Below are positions 49,432 through 61,195 of a stretch of 64,000 nt of DNA, in pieces. The position numbers and the translations under genes were made by a program. Origin of the DNA: Candidatus Moraniibacteriota bacterium (GTDB lineage Bacteria > Patescibacteriota > Minisyncoccia > Moranbacterales > UBA9337); contig JAQVJM010000001.1 in assembly GCA_028695135.1 (NCBI GenBank), positions 13,718-77,717 of the forward strand. The letters are read 5' to 3'. Numbering within the stretch: position 1 is the stretch's first letter; every line of letters begins with the position of its first letter. The notes beneath the pieces are model-generated. The model did not search any database and was not told the DNA's origin. It was given only the letters and a program-made list of their open reading frames with translations.

Positions 49432-50025
49432 TTACCCGATTAAATTTTCCAATTTATTCGCCAAATCTTTTATTTTTTCAAGCTCTTCTTCTGAAAATTC
49501 TTGCAAAATGAATTTGTTTCCGGGGACTTGACGCGATTGCCTGCCTCCTTTTTTCTCCACGCCGATGCGGATCCTTTTGAATTCTTGGGTTCCGAGTCTA
49601 TCGATAATATTTTGTATGCCATTGTGTCCGGCGGATCCGGAATTTTCTGAAATTTTAAAATTTCCTACCTTTATATCCAAATCATCGTGGATGACGGTTA
49701 TATTTTTAGGAGGTATCTTATAAAAATCCATTATCTTTTTTATTGCTTCTCCCGATTTATTCATAAAAGACAAGGGTTTCATAAGAAGCGTTTTGCTGGC
49801 ATCTTCCCTTTGGAATAATTTTTTTAAAAATCCTCCACGGATATTCCCAATTTCAATCTTTTCCGCCATCTCGACGTTAAATTTTTTTTCAAATCTAAAA
49901 TCGGAAAAGTTAAGCCTTTTCTGCAATTCGTCCAGTATTATAAATCCGGCATTATGCCTGGTTCTTGAATATCTTTCACCCGGATTTCCAAGTCCTATTA
50001 TCAATCTGTGATTTTTATCGCTCAT
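49432..50025 (-). CDS. pth: peptidyl-tRNA hydrolase
   Basis: GLGNPG.RY..TRHNAGF, FMNKSG, HDDLD, AGHNG, RIRIGV. Confidence 0.97.
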   Translation of the reverse strand: MSDKNHRLIIGLGNPGERYSRTRHNAGFIILDELQKRLNFSDFRFEKKFNVEMAEKIEIGNIRGGFLKKLFQREDASKTLLMKPLSFMNKSGEAIKKIMDFYKIPPKNITVIHDDLDIKVGNFKISENSGSAGHNGIQNIIDRLGTQEFKRIRIGVEKKGGRQSRQVPGNKFILQEFSEEELEKIKDLANKLENLIG

Positions 50026-50044
50026 ATATTATATTTTAAAGCAA

Positions 50045-51643
50045 TTATCGATTATTTGGAACTAATAATTCCTTATTGTCAAAATCATTCCGATCATCTT
50101 CCATTTCTTTCATGGAATTCTCTTCAAATGAGTAGGGGCCTATCAAGTCGGTTCCCAACAAAATAACCAAATCGAATCCCTCTGTTTCGTTTTCAGATAA
50201 TGAATATTTTTCATTTAATGTTGCTGGAAGTTTTTTGATCAATTCATCCAGAGTGAATGGGACTTGTCCATTTGTCATATCGATAATCTGTGTCGAGCTT
50301 ACCAATTTGGTCCTATCTCCCTGTAGGATGCCTATGTTTTTGATTTTCAATTTATCCTTGATAAGGCTGTTTATTTTTTCCAATAATTCCGGACTTCCGC
50401 TTTGGTTTATGATCGCAATATTGACTTCTTCCTTTTCAATCTCTTCCCTTCTTCTTTCCACTTCGTTGAGGTTAAAAATATTTTGGGCAAGTTCTTGGAT
50501 TTCGCTGTAATTTCCTACTCGAGGCACAAGGATGAAAGCGCGCATATTTTCATGATATATGTGCGAAACTTTTAGCAAGCTGTCCTTTTTCCATGCATCG
50601 ACGACCACATTATTGATATTTTGAGTATCCAGCTCTCTGGATAATTTCAGAAAACTTTCCATTTCCTCCAAGGAAATGTCGGTTTTTATATTTTCTCCCA
50701 GAGTATTGAGAATATCGTTTATCGCGAAAGGATTGAGGAGAACCTTTGTCGAAAATATCCTGTTTTTTATCGCCTGCATGACCTGCTGCTGTCTCTTGGC
50801 TCTTCCAAAATCCCCCTCGGGATCATTATGGCGTTCGCGGGCGTATTTAAGAGCCGTAGACCCGTCAAGCAGATGAGTTCCTTTTTCGAGAGCGAATAGC
50901 TCATAGCTGTAGTTGGGTCCCGGATAGTTGGGATCGTAAATATCTCTCTCATTATTTACGATTATCCCATCAATATCATCGATAAACTTTTCAAAGCCCG
51001 CGAAACTGGCTACGAAATAATAATTTATTTCAAGTCCGGTAATTTTTTCAACAGTTTTTTTAAGCGGATTTACACCTTTATTGTCGGCTAGTCCGTATTT
51101 GTAAATAGAGTTTATTTTTGCGTTGTATCCGGATTCGGGAATTTCCACGTAAAGATCTCTGGGAAGAGACAATAGGGCCGTTTTTTTATTTTTCGTATCA
51201 ATACTGGCTATCATTATCGTATCGGTCAAGCTTCCCCCGGCGCGTCCTTCTCCGGCGATTCCCAAAAGAAGAATGTTTATTCTTCCCTGATTTTCACCCC
51301 TAAGTTCAGCTCTGTCTTTCGCCGCCATTTTTGAAATGACGCTAAAAGCAGAAGGATTTTCTCCATTGCTTATTATTATTTTTGAACTTACTGAGCCTAT
51401 TTTCCAAAAAAAATATATCCCAGTGGCAGAAATTGACAAAAATAAAGCAGAAATTACAAAAACAAGTGTTTTTTTAAAAAAGGCGCCCTTTTTCTTTTCG
51501 GTTTTATCGGGGATAGGGTTGTTTTCAAATAACCGGGAGCCGTCAAAATCTTTCCGGATGTCCGGGTTTTTGCTGTAATTCGGACCATAACCATAAGCGG
51601 GAACGGTCTTTCTAATTTTGGGTCTTCTTATTATCCCGTCCAT
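50045..51643 (-). CDS. LCP (LytR-CpsA-Psr) family glycopolymer transferase with C-terminal LytR_C-like domain
   Basis: INILLLG, TDTIMIAS, SLPRDLYV, KINS, ALKYARER, DFGRAKRQQ. Confidence 0.94.
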   Translation of the reverse strand: MDGIIRRPKIRKTVPAYGYGPNYSKNPDIRKDFDGSRLFENNPIPDKTEKKKGAFFKKTLVFVISALFLSISATGIYFFWKIGSVSSKIIISNGENPSAFSVISKMAAKDRAELRGENQGRINILLLGIAGEGRAGGSLTDTIMIASIDTKNKKTALLSLPRDLYVEIPESGYNAKINSIYKYGLADNKGVNPLKKTVEKITGLEINYYFVASFAGFEKFIDDIDGIIVNNERDIYDPNYPGPNYSYELFALEKGTHLLDGSTALKYARERHNDPEGDFGRAKRQQQVMQAIKNRIFSTKVLLNPFAINDILNTLGENIKTDISLEEMESFLKLSRELDTQNINNVVVDAWKKDSLLKVSHIYHENMRAFILVPRVGNYSEIQELAQNIFNLNEVERRREEIEKEEVNIAIINQSGSPELLEKINSLIKDKLKIKNIGILQGDRTKLVSSTQIIDMTNGQVPFTLDELIKKLPATLNEKYSLSENETEGFDLVILLGTDLIGPYSFEENSMKEMEDDRNDFDNKELLVPNNR

Positions 51644-51794
51644 TTTATCAGATGCTTATTTCTTTATAATTTTACCATAAGGCTTGATTATAACAAAAGG
51701 ATCAATCTATTTTTGAGCGGATTTTTGGTAGATAGGGTGTATTTTAGCTCCAAATATGTTAAAATATAATTGAAAATTAAAAACAAAATTATCA

Positions 51795-52739
51795 ATGGAT
51801 TGGCTATATTTATCTTTAGCGGGCTATTTTTTGCTTGCAGTTTCATTTGTTCTCGATAAGCTATTGCTTAAAAAACGCATTCCCGAACCGTCGGTTTACG
51901 CTTTTTATGTTGCTGTTTTGAGTTTGTTCACAATCGTACTTTTTCCTTTTGGCGTAGAATGGATAGACTTCAAGTTTTTCTTTATTTCCATTTTTTCCGG
52001 AGCTATTTTTATCTGGGGATTGCTTTACTACTACAAAGCCGTTAAGGAAAATGAGATATCAAAAGTCGCTCCGTTAGTGGGGACAATCTCTCAGATCACG
52101 GCGATTTCTTTGTCAGTGTTTTTCTTGGGCAACGTTTTTTATAGGAGCGACTTTTTGGGAATCTTATTTTTGATAACGGGAGGATTTCTGGTCTCTTTTG
52201 ATATTCCTTTTAATTATGGAAAGATCTTTAAAGGCGTTAAGTATTCTTTGATAGGAGGGGTAATGATGGCGGTGGCTTTCGGATTTTTTGAATATCTTTA
52301 TAGCGATCTTAGGGAAAACGGGATTGAAAAAGTTTTTCTGAACGGTTTTTTGTGGACCAGAATGGGCCTGTTCGCAGGAGGGATAAGCCTTCTTGCAAAT
52401 AAAAGATATAGGACAAGCATAAAAAAATCATTGTTTAAAAAGAGCCGGAAATATAAAAAAAGAAGAAATATAAAAACCATTGCGATATTTATGCTCAATA
52501 AAATTTCCGGGGGGAGCTCTTCCATCCTCATAAATCTGGCAGTAGCTTACGGAGGGGTAGCCATGGTTTATGCCATAGGCAGCGCCCAGTTCGTATTCGT
52601 TCTGATTTTGGCGCTTTTTGCCTCCGTGAAATATCCTGACATTTTTGAGGAGAAGCTTTATTTCTGGGATTGGGCGCAAAAAGTAGGAGCAATAATAATG
52701 ATAGCCGTGGGAACTTTTTTGGTTTATAGCGTTTTTTAA
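51795..52739 (+). CDS. EamA/DMT family transporter
   Basis: About 10 TM segments in two repeats; YKAVKENEISKVAP. Confidence 0.82.
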   Translation: MDWLYLSLAGYFLLAVSFVLDKLLLKKRIPEPSVYAFYVAVLSLFTIVLFPFGVEWIDFKFFFISIFSGAIFIWGLLYYYKAVKENEISKVAPLVGTISQITAISLSVFFLGNVFYRSDFLGILFLITGGFLVSFDIPFNYGKIFKGVKYSLIGGVMMAVAFGFFEYLYSDLRENGIEKVFLNGFLWTRMGLFAGGISLLANKRYRTSIKKSLFKKSRKYKKRRNIKTIAIFMLNKISGGSSSILINLAVAYGGVAMVYAIGSAQFVFVLILALFASVKYPDIFEEKLYFWDWAQKVGAIIMIAVGTFLVYSVF

Positions 52740-52783
52740 TTTTTTTTATAAAAATTATCTTTGATATATTATAAATTAAAAAA

Positions 52784-53824
52784 ATGTTGAAAATTTTTTT
52801 AAAATCAATTGCGGTAGCCGTTTCAGCGATAACCGTTGCAACAATTATTTTTTTTATATATTTCAATCTCCCGACAGAAAACATTATTGAGAAGGCCGAT
52901 ATCGGAGTCACATTTTCGTTGAGGTATTCTCAGGATATAGGATTGGATTGGAAAGAAAATTATCTGGCGATGCTTGATGATTTGAAGATCAAAAAAATAA
53001 GAATTCCCGTTTATTGGGATCTCGTAGAAAAAGAGAAAGACCAATATGATTTTTCCGATATTGACTGGCAGTTGGAAGAAGCGCAAAAGAGAGGGGCGGA
53101 AATAATTTTAGTTGTAGGGCAGAAAGTTCCCAGATGGCCGGAATGCCACATTCCCAGATGGATAGGGGAAAATTCAAGCGAGGTCAGAGAAAATGAGAAG
53201 CTCAAAGATGAAGAAATATTGGAATTTGTAGGAGATGTCGTTAAGAGGTACAAAAATCATGAAGCAATCAAATATTGGCAGGTGGAGAATGAGCCTTTCT
53301 TGGCATTCGGAGATTGCTCCAGGCCGACAATCGGGGCAGAAATGCTGGACAAAGAGATTGCCGTGGTCAAGTCGACTGATTCAAGCAGGCAGGTAATCGT
53401 GACTGATAGCGGAGAATTAAGCACTTGGATTCCGGCAGCCAAAAGAGCCGACGTTTTTGGTACTACGATGTATCGCAATGTTTATAAGGAAGGATGGGGA
53501 TATTATGTCTATCCGATCGGTCCCAGATTTTTCCTCACAAAGAGATGGTTCATAGAAAAATTTGCCGGTCAGGAAGATGCGATAGTCATAGAGCTTCAAG
53601 GAGAACCGTGGGTGGCGGGCTGGACTACCAATCAGCCCCTGGAAGAGCAGTTTAAATCAATGAATGCCGAAAAGCTTTCCGAAAATATTTTATACGCGCA
53701 AAAGTCCGGTTTTGATACCATCTATATTTGGGGAGTGGAGTGGTGGTATTGGCTTAAGACGGAGAAAGATCTTCCTGAAATATGGAATATGATGAAAGGA
53801 ATTATAAATAAAAATCAAAAATGA
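52784..53824 (+). CDS. membrane-anchored clan GH-A glycoside hydrolase
   Basis: IRIPVYW, WQVENEPF (acid/base Glu), IELQGEPW (nucleophile-like). Confidence 0.82.
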   Translation: MLKIFLKSIAVAVSAITVATIIFFIYFNLPTENIIEKADIGVTFSLRYSQDIGLDWKENYLAMLDDLKIKKIRIPVYWDLVEKEKDQYDFSDIDWQLEEAQKRGAEIILVVGQKVPRWPECHIPRWIGENSSEVRENEKLKDEEILEFVGDVVKRYKNHEAIKYWQVENEPFLAFGDCSRPTIGAEMLDKEIAVVKSTDSSRQVIVTDSGELSTWIPAAKRADVFGTTMYRNVYKEGWGYYVYPIGPRFFLTKRWFIEKFAGQEDAIVIELQGEPWVAGWTTNQPLEEQFKSMNAEKLSENILYAQKSGFDTIYIWGVEWWYWLKTEKDLPEIWNMMKGIINKNQK

Positions 53825-54960
53825 AATCCGAGAAAAACAAAAAATTATTCAGTGCCGTTCTGGTGATAATTTCTTTCGCGCTGGCCTTTTGCGGGCTTGC
53901 TTACGTTTTTGGTAATTATGCCGGAGCGTTCCAGACAAAAATATGGCTGGAAAAAAATGGGGAGGTTGATTTTGACGAGACGGTTATCATGAGATTTTCC
54001 GACAGCATGATGACTAATAATTTTCAAGAATTCATAGAAATTATCCCGGCGCAAAGAGCTGATTACAGATGGGAAGATTCCAATAAAACTTTGAAGATAA
54101 CTCCGCAAAAAAATTGGGAGTTGGGAAAAAGATATACGGTAAAAATTAATGGCCTGAAGAACATATTTTTTGTAAGCAATAATAAGGAATTTTCCTTCAG
54201 TACTGTCAGTTATCCTGAAATAAAGGATTTTTATCCGGAAAACGGCGCCAAAGAAATAATAATAGACATTGAAAGTCCGGGAAAAATATATTTTGATAAA
54301 ACTCTAAAGGATTTTAATTTAAAGATAAAAGTTTTTCCGGAAAAAAAGCTGGCCTACAATATCAATGAAGCAAAAAACTCGATCTTCTTTACTTTTAGGG
54401 ATGGATATGAGAGAGGCCAGGAATATAAAATAGATATTTTCATAAAGCACAAGAAAGAAGATAAAAATGATTATAGGGACATATATTCCTCGTCTTTTCA
54501 AACGGAATCGCCCCCTCCGGAGGAGTGGGGAGATGATTTTGCCTCAAGGATAGAAAAAGCCAAGAAATTCACCAAGGCTAGGATGGAGCAGGGGAAATAT
54601 ATAGACATAAATTTAAACATACAGGTCTTGACCATATTTGAAAATGGAAGCATATTGGATTCTTTTCTCATTTCTTCCGGGAAAAGAGGAATGGAAACCC
54701 CTAAGGGGGAATTTAAGATAAGCAACAAACATCCTCGTCCCTGGTCTAGACAATACGGTCTTTTTATGCCATACTGGATGGCGATAGTTCCTTCTGGTAA
54801 ATTTGGAATTCACGAACTTCCGGAATGGCCGGGAGGCTATAAGGAAGGCCAGAATCATTTAGGCATTCCGGTTTCTCACGGATGCGTAAGATTAGGAGTG
54901 GGCGCAGCCAAAAAAGTCTATGATTGGGCGGAAATAGGAACACCTGTTGTAATTTATTGA
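53821..54960 (+). CDS. L,D-transpeptidase (YkuD) with Ig-like domains
   Basis: ISSG, TPKG, GIH, SHGCVRL, GTPVVI; ATGA overlap with the GH gene. Confidence 0.93.
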   Translation: MKSEKNKKLFSAVLVIISFALAFCGLAYVFGNYAGAFQTKIWLEKNGEVDFDETVIMRFSDSMMTNNFQEFIEIIPAQRADYRWEDSNKTLKITPQKNWELGKRYTVKINGLKNIFFVSNNKEFSFSTVSYPEIKDFYPENGAKEIIIDIESPGKIYFDKTLKDFNLKIKVFPEKKLAYNINEAKNSIFFTFRDGYERGQEYKIDIFIKHKKEDKNDYRDIYSSSFQTESPPPEEWGDDFASRIEKAKKFTKARMEQGKYIDINLNIQVLTIFENGSILDSFLISSGKRGMETPKGEFKISNKHPRPWSRQYGLFMPYWMAIVPSGKFGIHELPEWPGGYKEGQNHLGIPVSHGCVRLGVGAAKKVYDWAEIGTPVVIY

Positions 54961-55131
54961 GATAACAAGTGGCTAGACGACGAGGCTCTTAACAGTAAGA
55001 ACAGCCATAGGTTCATGGGTGATAAATTTTCATTCTTAGGACTAAAGACCGGCAATCATTTTTACAGCCGATGGCTTATGTTGCCAAGAACTATTCGTAT
55101 AAATCCAGCTGTAGCTTAATTTTTAAAATTA

Positions 55132-55941
55132 ATGAAAAATAGAATAATCATCTTTATCATAATAGCAGTGTCAATTGGGGCTGCTTTTTTGTTATTTCCG
55201 AAAAAGGAAACCAAAGACGACGCGGATATCTTGTCGGAAGAGAAAAACAATAATGTCTTGGTTAAAGACGGCAAAGATATCAGAAGAGACGGAATAAATG
55301 ATAATGAGAAAAAGAAACCTATCTCGGCGGAAAAAGAGGATAACTTTCAAAGGAGTGCCGTTTTGCCGGATAAAATAAAAATAGAAGTTCCTTTTACTTC
55401 GCAAGCACCATATGGAGTCTGGGACGAGAGGCATGACGATGCTTGTGAAGAAGCTTCTTTGTTGATGGTAGTCAAATACTTGGACAACGATAAATTGACT
55501 CCGGAAATTGCGGAAAAAGAGCTCCAGTCAGTCATTGATTATCAGATAGAAAAATATGGTGATTATAAGGACAGCGATATGGAGGAACTGGTTCAAATAG
55601 CTGAAGGTTTTTATTCCGTAAGCAATTTGGAAGTTATTTATGATTTTAAAAAAGAGAGAATAAAAGAGGAGCTGGCAAAGGGAAATCCAATCATTGTTCC
55701 AACAGCAGGAAGACTTCTTGGAAATCCATACTATACTCCTCCGGGACCGCTTTATCACAACTTAGTTTTAGTAGGATATGAAGGAGATAATGTTATAACT
55801 AATGATCCCGGAACCAAAAGAGGCGAGGGATACATCTATGATATAGACGTTTTATATAACGCGATTCACGACTTTCCTGGCAAAAAAGAGGATATAGAGG
55901 ATGGGAGAAAAGCTATGATAATCATAGAGCATGGAGCATAA
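55132..55941 (+). CDS. C39-like cysteine peptidase, membrane-anchored
   Basis: VPFTSQAP, ACEEAS (Cys), YHNLVLVGY (His), TNDPG (Asp). Confidence 0.88.
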   Translation: MKNRIIIFIIIAVSIGAAFLLFPKKETKDDADILSEEKNNNVLVKDGKDIRRDGINDNEKKKPISAEKEDNFQRSAVLPDKIKIEVPFTSQAPYGVWDERHDDACEEASLLMVVKYLDNDKLTPEIAEKELQSVIDYQIEKYGDYKDSDMEELVQIAEGFYSVSNLEVIYDFKKERIKEELAKGNPIIVPTAGRLLGNPYYTPPGPLYHNLVLVGYEGDNVITNDPGTKRGEGYIYDIDVLYNAIHDFPGKKEDIEDGRKAMIIIEHGA

Positions 55942-56045
55942 AAATGTTGGTAAATAGTTTAAGAGTGTATTATAATAAAAAGTGTCCGTAGTCTTTGTTT
56001 GAATTTTTTATAAAACAAAAATTAAAAGAAAGGGGGTGTTGGGTT

Positions 56046-56258
56046 ATGATAACAAAATGCGGAGATTGTAGAAAAGGAGCTGGTTTTTTGATGGTTCTTT
56101 CCATAATTGCCCTAGCTCTATCAGCTTTAGTTTCTCTGTTTCAGATGGATCTCTGGTTGGCTGGAACCCAGTGGATTCTTATCGCCATACTCTTAGCCTT
56201 ATATTCGCTTATATTTTCTGTCGGATGTTTCGGGGGCAAAAATGAATCCGAAAAATAA
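56046..56258 (+). CDS. small two-TM membrane protein
   Basis: ATG 56046 preceded by AAGGGGGTG; MITKCGDC then two hydrophobic helices. Confidence 0.6.
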   Translation: MITKCGDCRKGAGFLMVLSIIALALSALVSLFQMDLWLAGTQWILIAILLALYSLIFSVGCFGGKNESEK

Positions 56259-56308
56259 CAAAATTTTAGAATCCGGTTTTGTATAAGTTAAATCGTTTTT
56301 AAATCACC

Positions 56309-56340
56309 ATAAAACAGCTTTTGAAAATGGCTGTTTTTAT
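56309..56340 (+). terminator. probable intrinsic terminator
   Basis: ATAAAACAGC...GCTGTTTTTAT. Confidence 0.6.
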
Positions 56341-56479
56341 GTTTTCTGGAGCGGCCTGAAAGTCTTCCAAAATTATTAATAGTATGCTATTATTATATAG
56401 TAATATATTAGCGTGAAAAACCCCAAAAGCCTTGTAGAACAAAGCTAAACAGGTTTTTCGGGAATAAATATTTCATTAA

Positions 56480-58522
<2,043 letters not shown>

Positions 58523-58556
58523 TCTTATTCAGTTTTCTTAAAGCGTAAATTTTAGG

Positions 58557-58593
58557 CAGGCCCTAGCGATATTCGGGGCCTGTTTTATTTTTT
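58557..58593 (+). terminator. intrinsic terminator after gyrB
   Basis: CAGGCCC...GGGGCCTG followed by TTTTATTTTTT. Confidence 0.7.
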
Positions 58594-58643
58594 CCAAGAA
58601 AGTATCTGGATTAAAGACAGCGCCTCATATCTTTTGCCATATA

Positions 58644-58672
58644 TTGACAAACTGTTTTAAATTTGCTACAAT
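58644..58672 (+). promoter_or_regulatory. near-consensus sigma70 promoter
   Basis: TTGACA (58644-49), 17 nt, TACAAT (58667-72) with TG extension. Confidence 0.75.
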
Positions 58673-58678
58673 AGCTCG

Positions 58679-58840
58679 TCATAAATAAAAACCTCGTTCT
58701 GTAGCAGTTTTTAAAATTTTGCTTGCAGTTTGAAATCAGGCAATCCTCCTTAAATTCCTGAGAGTAAATTAAGCGTATCTAAACTTTATTATTAAAGAGA
58801 AGATGCCACTGCGGGCAAAATTTTGAAAACTGCTTTTTTA
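58679..58840 (+). ncRNA. candidate structured non-coding RNA or leader
   Basis: 27-bp stem 58703-58729/58808-58834 whose 3 mismatches are all G-U on the + strand; two inner hairpins; ends in a T tract; promoter upstream. Confidence 0.5.
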
Positions 58841-58864
58841 GTCTGTAATAATTGAGAATTTTAT

Positions 58865-58898
58865 CCGCCCGAATCGCTACATAAAACGTTGCGGACGG
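58865..58898. repeat. degenerate copy of the 41-nt REP-like element
   Basis: CCGCCCG...ACGTTGCGGACGG; the reverse complement CCGTCCGCAACGT matches 11187-11199 at 12/13. Confidence 0.5.
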
Positions 58899-59025
58899 AC
58901 GAAACTGCGAATCGGTTTATAATTTATACTGACCGAATCTATGAAATAAAATGAAAATATGGTAGTATTTTATCAAGTAATAGAGTAGCAGTCAGTAATT
59001 TTGTAAGAATTATTCGTAAAAATAT

Positions 59026-60084
59026 ATGCAAATAAAGAATCTTAATATCTATTTTTTTATGCTAGTCCTCATCGGTATAACTATCCTGGTTTTTTTATTG
59101 TTTAAACCTTTCTTATCGGCGATTTTTACAGCAGCTATTCTGGCGGCGACTTTCCGTTCCCCTTATAAACTTCTGCTGAAAAATATAAAAAATAAAATGG
59201 CCAGTTCTCTCTTGACTTGTTTTTTAGTTCTTTTTGTCATCGTAATCCCTATGCTTATAGTTTTGGGATTAGTGGTTAACGAATTGGGAGGGGCTTATCA
59301 AAAATTTGTTACAAATAATGAATTTTACCACGACAGGATTTCAGAAATTATTCACTTGGTCAAGAGCTCGCCCCTGGTTCAATCTTTCAGCATGGAAAGA
59401 TTTCTTGAACAAGAGCAGATAGGAGAATCTCTAAAGACTATCAGCGGCAATATCCTGATGATTTTTCAAAAAACTTATCAGAATGTAATTGCTTCAGTTT
59501 TGTGGATATTTGTTATGTTTTTTGCCCTGTATTATTTTCTGATAGATGGAAAAAAATTTATAGACAAGATAATGTATCTGAGTCCCCTCAAAGATAAATA
59601 TGAAGGAGAACTTTCTTTTAAATTCACTTCTATGACTAGAGCTACTCTGAAGGGAACCATCATAGTCGGCTTGGTCCAGGGAATTTTAGGAGGATTGATG
59701 TTTTGGATCGCGGGGATCCCTTCTTATGTTATTTGGGGAGTAATTATGACAATTTTGTCCATAATTCCAGCTGTCGGCGCCGGATTGGTTTGGGGACCGG
59801 CGGGGATAATACTTCTTTTTATAGGAAATATCTGGCAGGGCGTTTTTGTCTTGTCTTTCGGAATACTGGTGATTTCTTTTATCGACAACATATTGAGACC
59901 CAAGCTTGTCGGAAATGACACGGAGATGCATCCGCTTTTGGTATTTTTTGCCACTTTGGGAGGATTGATAACTTTCGGAATAATAGGTTTCGTTATCGGT
60001 CCAGTTATAATGGCACTTTTTTTGTCTCTCTGGGACATTTATGGGAAAGAATTTAAGAGTCAACTGAATAAATTTAACGCGTAA
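59026..60084 (+). CDS. AI-2E family transporter
   Basis: Multi-TM; YYFLIDG, DNILRPKLVG, HPLLVFFATLGG, GFVIGP. Confidence 0.93.
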   Translation: MQIKNLNIYFFMLVLIGITILVFLLFKPFLSAIFTAAILAATFRSPYKLLLKNIKNKMASSLLTCFLVLFVIVIPMLIVLGLVVNELGGAYQKFVTNNEFYHDRISEIIHLVKSSPLVQSFSMERFLEQEQIGESLKTISGNILMIFQKTYQNVIASVLWIFVMFFALYYFLIDGKKFIDKIMYLSPLKDKYEGELSFKFTSMTRATLKGTIIVGLVQGILGGLMFWIAGIPSYVIWGVIMTILSIIPAVGAGLVWGPAGIILLFIGNIWQGVFVLSFGILVISFIDNILRPKLVGNDTEMHPLLVFFATLGGLITFGIIGFVIGPVIMALFLSLWDIYGKEFKSQLNKFNA

Positions 60085-60087
60085 AAC

Positions 60088-60143
60088 CATTAAGCATGGA
60101 GCATAAAACACATAACATATAGCATAAAATAAATAACACATAA
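60088..60143 (+). repeat. 8 x 7-nt direct array (CATAxAx type)
   Basis: CATTAAG CATGGAG CATAAAA CACATAA CATATAG CATAAAA TAAATAA CACATAA. Confidence 0.75.
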
Positions 60144-60180
60144 CATTGCTATAAACCTTACTCTTCGTGATCGTTGCCTT

Positions 60181-61005
60181 ATGCTATCATATGAATATCA
60201 AAATTTGCCTCAAATCATAGATCCTATCGCTTTTTCGGTCGGGTCTTTTTCTATACGATGGTATTCGCTGATGTATCTGGCAGGATTTTTAGTCATCCTG
60301 TCTCTTTTAAAGTTGAGGAAAAATAGGAAAGAAACCGAGTTGAGATGGGAAGATATTTTAGACTTCCTGATGTATGCGTTTTTAGGATCTCTTATCGGAG
60401 GCAGGATCGGATATGTGCTTTTTTACAATTTATCTTATTATCTTGACAATCCTATCGAGATAATTCTGCCGATCCGAATCACGGATTATGGATTGCGATT
60501 TGCGGGATTTTACGGAATGAGTTATTTCGGAGCGGTGCTGGGAATATTTTTTGTCGCTTGGATTTTTTCCAAAAAAAGGAGGGTGGATATTTTTAACATT
60601 TCTGATTTTGTTTTGCCGGCCGTCCCTCTCGGATATTTTTTCGGACGGATCGGAAATTTTTTGAATGGGGAGCTTTACGGAAGGGCTACTGAAGGACGGT
60701 GGGGGATGTATTTTAGCGACGGACAGCTGAGGCATCCCTCCCAGTTTTATGAAGCTTTTTTTGAAGGAATCGTTTTGTTTTTCATCCTTTGGTCATTAAG
60801 GAACAAGCTTTCGGACAAAAAGGGCGCGCTTACCGGGATTTATTTGGCAGGATACGGGCTTTTTAGATTTTTTATCGAATTTTTTCGGGAACCGGACAAG
60901 CAGTTGGGATTTATTTTAGGATTTCTGACACTGGGACAAATCTTTGCAATCTTTTTATTTTTTATCGGCGCTTTTATAGTGCGAAAGTCTGGGGCTTTTC
61001 GATAA
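60181..61005 (+). CDS. lgt: prolipoprotein diacylglyceryl transferase
   Basis: IRWYSLMY, GGRIGYVLFY, GRIGNFLNGELYGR, RHPSQFYE, RFFIEFFREPD. Confidence 0.97.
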   Translation: MLSYEYQNLPQIIDPIAFSVGSFSIRWYSLMYLAGFLVILSLLKLRKNRKETELRWEDILDFLMYAFLGSLIGGRIGYVLFYNLSYYLDNPIEIILPIRITDYGLRFAGFYGMSYFGAVLGIFFVAWIFSKKRRVDIFNISDFVLPAVPLGYFFGRIGNFLNGELYGRATEGRWGMYFSDGQLRHPSQFYEAFFEGIVLFFILWSLRNKLSDKKGALTGIYLAGYGLFRFFIEFFREPDKQLGFILGFLTLGQIFAIFLFFIGAFIVRKSGAFR

Positions 61006-61024
61006 GATATTCTTGTAATATAAA

Positions 61025-61060
61025 CGTAGCATAATAATGCGGTCGCATTATTATGCTACG
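61025..61060. repeat. GTAG-type perfect palindrome between convergent genes
   Basis: CGTAGCATAATAATGCG-GT-CGCATTATTATGCTACG (17-nt arms). Confidence 0.85.
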
Positions 61061-61195
61061 AATTAAAATGCTGGTAGCTGATGGGAATAAAAAAGAATCC
61101 GCTCTTTCGCAATCTTTGCTTCAAGCCAGCAGTTTTAATTTTGTTTCTTTTTTATTTCCATATCCCATTTCATATTCTCTGCTTCTTGCCTAATC

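Noticed and set aside
54961-55119. 52 open codons in frame after the L,D-transpeptidase TGA (readthrough, code 25, or tmRNA-like tag ..NPAVA)
   Set aside because: The YkuD domain ends normally at GTPVVIY, many genes here end in TGA at expected positions, and no tmRNA termini are visible; compatible with chance.
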